Source of the DNA: an uncultured bacterium
GTDB lineage: Bacteria > Patescibacteriota > JABMPQ01 > CAVVCK01
Direction: 5' to 3'
Assembly (NCBI GenBank): GCA_963746775.1
Contig: CAVVCK010000001.1
Coordinates: 275,050 to 339,049, forward strand
Length of the DNA: 64,000 nucleotides
The notes beneath the pieces were generated by a model. It ran no database searches. It was not told the origin of the DNA and saw nothing but the letters and a program-made list of their open reading frames with translations. Of the stretch, positions 56,801-64,000 are shown one piece after another (within the stretch, counting starts at the first letter, position 1; the number at the start of each line of letters is the position of its first letter). Made by a program: the position numbers and the translations under genes.

Positions 56801-59800
56801 TACAGTGTTGGTACCCACATCAACCACCGAGACACTGCCTACTTGATATTCATTACTATTGTTAATAGTAGGGGTACCACTATCTGCGCTATATGTTCCC
56901 ACGGTAGTATCTATAGTGGGATCAGATGTTCCTGCTGAACAATCAGCACCTGCTTTGTATTCTAGTTTAGCAGATAAAATACCCGAAGTATTTAGATCAT
57001 CTAGTTCTAAACTTATATCAACTGCTCCAGTACCATCAGTTTTCTCTGCCACTGAATTGATAGCATTATACGAAGTAGCTATAATAAATGACATATTAGA
57101 TAAAATGGCAGTTTCTCCTTCATCAGCATGTAAATAAGCCCTAACGTTAAAATCACCTCCCAAAGATAAATTTGCTAAACAAGTATTCGTAATACCAATA
57201 GCTGTATTAGTCTGAGCATAGTCATCAGCGGCTGAGGTTAGAGTATCCCCTACACAATAATTCCATGTAGTACCACCATCATCTGATATTTGATATCTTA
57301 CTTCGCCAGTTCCAGAAGAAGTAGCATTAAAATTATAAACCGAGTAAAAAGAATGAGAAGCATCAAATACTATTTTCTGATCAATTGAAGAAGGAATATT
57401 TGTCTCGTCATCTAAAGTATAAAAAGTACTAGGATCCGATTGATTGGAATAAGCGGCTTTAATCCAGTTAGCATCTCTATTAGTACTAGAAACCCTTAAC
57501 TCGTCTATACTGCCATCAAAATATCTATTTGGTATATCATAATTATGGTTATAATAAGCGCCGCCTATTTTACCTATATTGTGCCAGGTATTAGAATCAT
57601 AAATAATAGTTCCGCTTGATCCTAGGCTTATAGTTTGTAATAAGCTGCCATTACGATAAAAATAGCCATTGTTTCCATCTTTAACTACAGACAATAATTG
57701 CCATTCGCCAGTAGTATAAGCTCCAGGACTCGTTTCTGTTGTATCATCATCATTGTCACCGTTTATATCAAAAACAATAGTTCGATTATTAGTATCACCC
57801 GAAAGACCAAACATCCAGCCAGAATCTGTGCCAGGTATATCATACCTATTATCAAATATCACACCGGCATCATCAGAATCAGAATAAATCCAAGCTGATA
57901 TACTAAAAGATTCGGTAGTAAAATCAGTATTAGCACCAGAAGTTACACTATAAAAAGAACTAGAACCATTAAAAGTATCAGCTCCATCAAGCCAAGTTGG
58001 ACCACTAACATCCTGGGTAACACTAGTAGGAGTTGCGGTATTAGAATTAGCGGAATCATCTATATTTCCTGAAGTCTCATTCATATGCCAAACAGTTTCA
58101 AAATTACCATCCCCACTCCAAGTACCACTCACATTTTCCTGACTGCCAATAGTATTATTACCATAATACATATATATTTCAGTACCTAAGGCTAAAGAAG
58201 GAATGTTAACCCAAGCAACTAGCTCACCAGTTGCTCCATCAAAATATTCTATCTCATGATCTAATTTTACATCTGCCATAGAAGCAAATAATATATCCTC
58301 ACCATTACTCTGAGCATCCGCTGCTAGATCTGAATCAGAAGATAAGGAAATCAGTACAGGAAAATTAGTCTGAGTTGCCGGCAGTAAAGAACTGTTGTTA
58401 GTAAAAGTAATCTTTTTACGCGAAGCCCAATCAATATCGTACCAATCACTAGAATATGAAAACTGAGCATCTCCTGCTGAATAAGTAATGTCATCATCAA
58501 CAGTATATAAATCATCACTATAAAAATTTCTACTTATAGGTAAATATCCCGGATCGGTTTGAATAGTAAAATTATTTTCACTAGTATAGCAAGTATTGCT
58601 GCCATCATTATTACTACAAACTCTTAATTTAACAGTTGTACTGGATATATTAGGAATTGTCCAAACATAAGATTTTATTTCTGTGGGCGCACTAGTCGAG
58701 ATAACCGAAGAAGTTACTTCTGTTGAAGATCCAAAGTCATCTGTTGAATAATATATGTTTACCGTCTCATTACTCTCCCCACCAGATGAACCCCATAAAA
58801 TAGGTACTTGCTGTCCCTGCCCCACTGTTCCTCCTTGATCAAAGTTATATAATTCTATTGCCCTAGGTGCATAAAAGGTAGATTCCGTTGATGACCAAAT
58901 CCCAGCCCCATAAGCATTGCTAAATCTTATGCGCCAATAATAGGTTGTATTATATGATAATTGAGATCCATCATAAGTTATATTACCGCTCCTAACTCCA
59001 TCAGCTATATCGACAATATCAACATTACTTGACCACAAGGTAGAAGAAAAATCAGAGTTATCATCCACTTCTATATCTGCTGTAATACAATTACCAGACG
59101 GTGTATTACAGATAGCAGAAAAAACTGGAGTTAAATCTGTTATATTGGTAGGATTAATATCACCAGTTGAAGCATCAGTGCTATGCGAATACAAAATATC
59201 AGGAGCCGAAGGAGATAGTTGTGATGAGGAAAATAAACCATCGCTGCCATTTACTCCACCACCAGAAGTAGTACCGCCAGTTCGAGTAACATTTCCTGAA
59301 TTAATACTATTTGAGATAATATACTCTAATAAGACACATCCCCCTCCCCCTCCCCCTCCACCATTCGAAGTATTTCCACCAGTTACCGTAAAACTAGCAG
59401 GTGTGCCAGCTATAGTATCAGCACTAATTTTTACACCACCACCTGCTCCACCCCCAGAATAGCCACTAGCAGCAGCGTTACTGCCATCAGCCGTAATAGT
59501 ACCATCAATAGTTGCAGTTCCGCTAACATCAAAAATAATTAGACCACCACCATTACCAGTATTATAGTTACTGCCTGCATAAGTTGTTCTCCCACCACCA
59601 GAACCCATAGTATCAGGATCAGTAATATCACAATAAGCTGTACCACCAGCATCTCCTTCATCATCATTTCCTCCATTTCCACCATGCGCTCCTCCACTAC
59701 CACTATTTCCGGAACCAAGTATTCCTGGTCCTAATCCATAACCATCTCTATGACTAGTCGTACCACCATCATACCCTACTCCATCAACACTAGCTGAGGC

Positions 59801-62489
59801 AGAAATACCAATATTTAAACTTGAGGCTACAATATTCAAAATATGAGTTTGGGAATCAAAATTATCTCCATGAGTTAGAATCCCTCCTGTCATTACTAAA
59901 TCATCAATTGATAAAGCAGTTGCAGTAGTATAGCTATTTAAAGTTGTAGTACCTCCTGTTATGGTAAGATCAGTAAGGGAAAATGTAGCCCCGCTATCTA
60001 ATCCTAGACTGCCAGCTGTAGTAATGGTGGTTATAGGCGTGTTAGCAGTAGCTCCACTCCCCAATATCAAACCGCCATCATTAGTAATATTAATAGTGGA
60101 CGTATTATTAATTTGTCCACCAGAAACTATAGATACATCAAGATTATCATAACTATTGCCTGTATTATAAGTAAATGTACCCGCAACCTCTAACGTACCT
60201 GTCTCATCTCCCCCAAAAGGACTGGCATCACTGACTGTTAAAGATTTCCCATTAGACACAACATAATTTGCTTCACTACTTAGCGCTATAAAATCAACAG
60301 TTAAAGAACTTATTGCTTGGGTAGAATCTGCCCCTTTTGTACCATTATTTTCTACAAATAAATCTCCATTGGTTCCGTCTTGTTTAATTAGAACTTGCCC
60401 ACCACCACCGTATTGGCCACTTGCCGAAGCAGTTCCACCATAAGTAGCAATAGAAGCAACATCAAGAATACTAGAAGAAGTGGTATATTCTAACAACATG
60501 CAACCTCCGCCTCCGCCTCCGCCTCCATTAGTAAACACTGCTGCCTGTGGCTGTAACACTAGTTGGCGTACCGGCAATAATATCAGCTGATATCTTGATA
60601 CTACCGCCTGCACCGCCGCCAGCATAATTAGAATCATGTGTTACTGCATCGGCTGTAACAGTACCATCAATAGTAACTGTACCGGAAGCATCGAGAATAA
60701 TTAAACCGCCACCGTCACCGCCGCCGTATGATCCATTATAACCTACGGCACCACCCGAACCTATAGTGGCTGGATTAGATATATCACAATAGGCTGTGCC
60801 GCCTCCTTCACCAGCAGAATCATCTCCTCCATCACCACCATGACCCGCACCACCACCAAAGCTATTAGCAATACCATATATCCCAGCACCAGGTCCATAA
60901 CCATTCGTATGACTAACAACCTTACCACCATCATAACCCTTGCCATCAGCGTTGATAGAAGCAGCAGCTCCAATGTTAGCACTAGAAGCAGAAATATTAA
61001 TTACGTTAGTCTGAGCACTAGAGTTATCACTATGAGTTAGAACCCCTCCAGTCATTACCAAATCACCTAAAGATAGAGCATCAACAGCGGAATAATTGTA
61101 TAGAGTAACAGTACCACTACTTATATTTAAATCAGCCATAACAAAAGTAGCACCTTGATCTAAGCCTAAAGTGCCGGCAGTATTAACTGTATTCATTATT
61201 GTATCAACCGTAGCTCCATCACCAAGTATTAATCCACCATCATTAGTAATATTAATAGTAGTTGTATTACTCAAAATTCCACCAGATAGAACTGAAACAG
61301 TTAAATTATCATAATTACTACCTACTGTATAATCAAAACTTCCAGAAACTTTTAATAGTCCAGTTCCATCTCCCTCAAAAGGACTAGCCTTAGTAACTGC
61401 AAAAGATTCCCCGTTGGGAACTAAATAGTTAGCCTCATTACTAACAGTAATAGAATCAACTGTTAGCGAATTAGCCACCGTATCTTGACTAGAATCTGCC
61501 CCTTCCGTACCGTTATTTTCTATAAATAAATCTCCATTAGTTCCGTCTTGTTTAATTAGAACTTGCCCACCGCCACCATATTGGCCACTGCCAGTACTAC
61601 CACCATACATATCGATAGCAGAAACATCGAAAACAGGAGTAGATGTGTATTCTAATAGTACACAACCTCCGCCTCCGCCACCTGGAGTAAAAGACGTATT
61701 ACTACCAATCGCGGTAAAACTGGAAGGAGTACCAGCAATGACATCAGCACTAATCTTAATCCCACCACCAGACCCGCCACCGGCATATTGACTACTATGC
61801 GCTACTGCATCGGCTGTAATAGTACCATCAATAGTTACAGTTCCTTCAGCATGGAGAATAATTAGACCACCACCGTCACCGCCGTCGTATGATCCATTAT
61901 AACCTACGGCACCACCCGAACCTATAGTGGCTGGATTAGATATATCACAATAGGCTGTGCCGCCTCCTTCACCAGCAGAAACATTTCCCCCGTCACCGCC
62001 GTGTCCGGCACCACCACCAGCATTACTAGCAGTATATATCCCCGCTCCTGGACCATAACCATTCGTATGACTAAAAACTGTACCTCCATCATAACCCTTG
62101 CCATCAGCGTTGATAGAAGCACCAGAATAAACTGTAATGTCGGTATGAGATGTTATGTCTATAGAATAAATTTGGGTAGTAGAATTATCTTGATGAGTAA
62201 GTACCGTTGTATCACCACCTACACTACCTACAACCAAAGAATTTACCGTAGCTGAATTAGTAAGAGTACAGGTACCATTGCCATAAAGAGTCAAATCATC
62301 ACCACTATTAAAGTCAACACCTTGGGCAATACTAGGATTAGTAGAACAATCAATCGAAGCTGGAGCAGCAGTAGTGGACTTTAATTCATAGGTTCTTAAT
62401 ATTAAAAAAGCAATAAGAAAAAATACGGAAATAAAAAATCCCGCTTTTAAAAATTTTAATAATATTCTTTTTGTATTTTTATTTTTCAT
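53810..62489 (-). CDS. Giant surface/adhesin-like protein (about 2,890 aa if joined), split by a +1 frameshift at about 60533; Gly-rich repeats, DUF2341-like, LamG-like, FN3/Ig-like and C-terminal FG-GAP-like repeats
   Basis: ORFs 60528-62489 and 53810-60637 overlap in different frames in the middle of a repeat unit. Removing one A restores GSSVTNGGGG.GCMLLEY, matching the sister units. WASRKKITF..NFPVL, F.GSIDELRVS and GDL.G...EIVT..G..HIRIFN repeats are present. Confidence 0.82.
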
Positions 62490-62569
62490 TTAAATATAAA
62501 AAACATTATATACATTATATTATAACATTTTTAAAGATTTTTCTCAATGATAATAAATGTGGATATCTG

Positions 62570-64000
62570 CTATCTTCCCAAAAACCCTATAGCTACATCA
62601 ACACCACCCCGAAAATTTTCATCATAAGCAAAAAAATTAGTCTCTCGAATCGCTAGCCCTTCTGCTTTAAAGGCTCTAACTTGCGGACCTCCAGCATTCC
62701 CTGCTCCCACTATAATTTCGGCCTGACCATCATCATCTATATGGCCCATATCAATCAATCCCCCCACAGGAAAATCGGCAAATGCTTTCCACTCTCCAAT
62801 TATAGTTTGTCCACTATTATATCGGTAAACTTTACACCAAGACTGTTCTTTCATTTGGCATACTCCTATTTCATCCTTGCCATCACCATCGATATCACCT
62901 GCGGCTACATCAATACCTCCCCGATAATCAGGGTGAAAAGCAAAAAATTGAATTGGTTTTAGAGTGCCGTCAGCCTCAAATACACGAATTTGAGGTCCTC
63001 CACCTTCTCCTGCTCCTACTATCACTTCAGCCCGGCCATCGGCATCTATATCACCCATGGCAATTGATCCTCCTCCTTCAAAATCACCAAAAGCATTCCA
63101 TTCACCTACTATTTCCCTGGCCACATTATATCTATAAACTTTAACTAAAGCCTGACCTTGTGAGGCTTGAATTACGGCTATTTCATCTTTGCCATCACCA
63201 TCGATATCACCTGCGGCTACATCAATCCCTCCACGAAAATCTAAATCAAAAGGCCAAAGGTCAATTCCCCGAGGAGTACCATCTTTTTCAAATATTCTCA
63301 CCTGCGGTCCACCGCCTGCCCTTGGTGCTGTTATAATTTCATCTTCACCATCTGCATCTACATCACCTAAAGCTACCCTTACTCCCCCCTTAAAATCTTC
63401 CCCGTAAGCAAAAAGTTTATCAGGATCAGATTCTGCTTCACCTCCTGTAGTAAAAGCTCGGATATGAGGACCGCCACCTACACCCGCTCCTGTTACAATA
63501 GAATTATATTCAGATAGTTCCGTAGAAACTTGCCCCACTTCACCAAAATATTCATCTATTTTATTCCACATATCCGATCTTGTACCGTCATAACCTAGAG
63601 CCCAAATACCAATTCCCCCCAAATCCTTCGTATTTACTAAATTATATTTATAAGAAATACTGGTTGGATCTTCATACCAAACTTGATGATATTTTCCATA
63701 TTTATAATACGGAGTCAGAGAATCTTCATCCCAAATGCGGGTGAAAGTATCCCGCTCAGACATAATTTCTGCATAAGTTTTAGCTTCTGCCGTATCAAGC
63801 GTACTAGCTGGAACACTATTACTATCAACTTCCCAATCATAACCATAATAAGGTACACCTAAAAATATTTTTGATTTATTATAATTAGTTTCTGCTAAAT
63901 AAGTATTAATAGAATTAGTTACATTATAATTACCCCAGGTACTGCTATTAGAAAATGGTGAAACAGGACCTGCTTGCGGTGCAGTCGACCAATGATAATC
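62570..64000 (-). CDS. Glycoside hydrolase family 18 domain fused to FG-GAP-like repeats (5' end beyond window)
   Basis: Frame is open to the window end: DYHW...AGPVSP...KIFLGVPLYGYDW...WYED..S...K......LGGIGIWALGYD; then repeated GDIDGDGKDEI and GGGPQVRIF. Confidence 0.88.
   Translation of the reverse strand, partial: DYHWSTAPQAGPVSPFSNSSTWGNYNVTNSINTYLAETNYNKSKIFLGVPYYGYDWEVDSNSVPASTLDTAEAKTYAEIMSERDTFTRIWDEDSLTPYYKYGKYHQVWYEDPTSISYKYNLVNTKDLGGIGIWALGYDGTRSDMWNKIDEYFGEVGQVSTELSEYNSIVTGAGVGGGPHIRAFTTGGEAESDPDKLFAYGEDFKGGVRVALGDVDADGEDEIITAPRAGGGPQVRIFEKDGTPRGIDLWPFDLDFRGGIDVAAGDIDGDGKDEIAVIQASQGQALVKVYRYNVAREIVGEWNAFGDFEGGGSIAMGDIDADGRAEVIVGAGEGGGPQIRVFEADGTLKPIQFFAFHPDYRGGIDVAAGDIDGDGKDEIGVCQMKEQSWCKVYRYNSGQTIIGEWKAFADFPVGGLIDMGHIDDDGQAEIIVGAGNAGGPQVRAFKAEGLAIRETNFFAYDENFRGGVDVAIGFLGR

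Noticed and set aside
60528-60637. Independent start of the 2275-aa ORF (MILIMLAAVQ...)
   Set aside because: These residues are the out-of-frame reading of the repeat unit encoded by the upstream ORF; a frameshift explains the overlap.
60725-61980. Diversity-generating retroelement TR/VR pair
   Set aside because: The repeats are in-frame units of one gene, differences are not adenine-specific, and no reverse transcriptase is in the window.
1-64000. Alternative genetic code (TGA read as Gly or Trp)
   Set aside because: Long conserved genes are open under the standard code, use TGG for Trp, and some end properly at TGA.

Overview
AT-rich bacterial chromosome segment, translated with the standard bacterial code. 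The gene content suggests a Patescibacteria/CPR (Parcubacteria/ABY1-like) organism, but this is an inference. Housekeeping genes (pheS 5' part, sbcCD, tsaB, murE, thiI, queH, lon, ruvA, uvrB, rpsT, holA, polA, three intact tRNAs) are interleaved with a MacAB-type exporter, a CsoR-regulated copper operon, several large surface proteins, a bacterial translin, and a cluster of charged orphan proteins around a PP2C phosphatase. The most striking unexplained layer is a set of small nuclease/transposase genes, each bracketed by its own structured repeat. (i) A GIY-YIG gene is flanked by two tRNA-Asp copies whose anticodon arm is cleanly replaced by a co-varying palindrome, directly upstream of the intact tRNA-Asp. 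(ii) A broken REP-associated HUH transposase is flanked by five 17-nt CATGG-core palindromes, two of which now encode the QueH C-terminus. (iii) A frameshifted DUF559 endonuclease lies inside 35-bp inverted repeats. Many orphan palindromes are scattered elsewhere, including in-frame insertions in ORFs and one filled-versus-empty site pair. Single-base frameshifts fall only in accessory or surface genes, including a ~2,890-aa adhesin-like protein. All family assignments are by motif recognition only; no searches were run.
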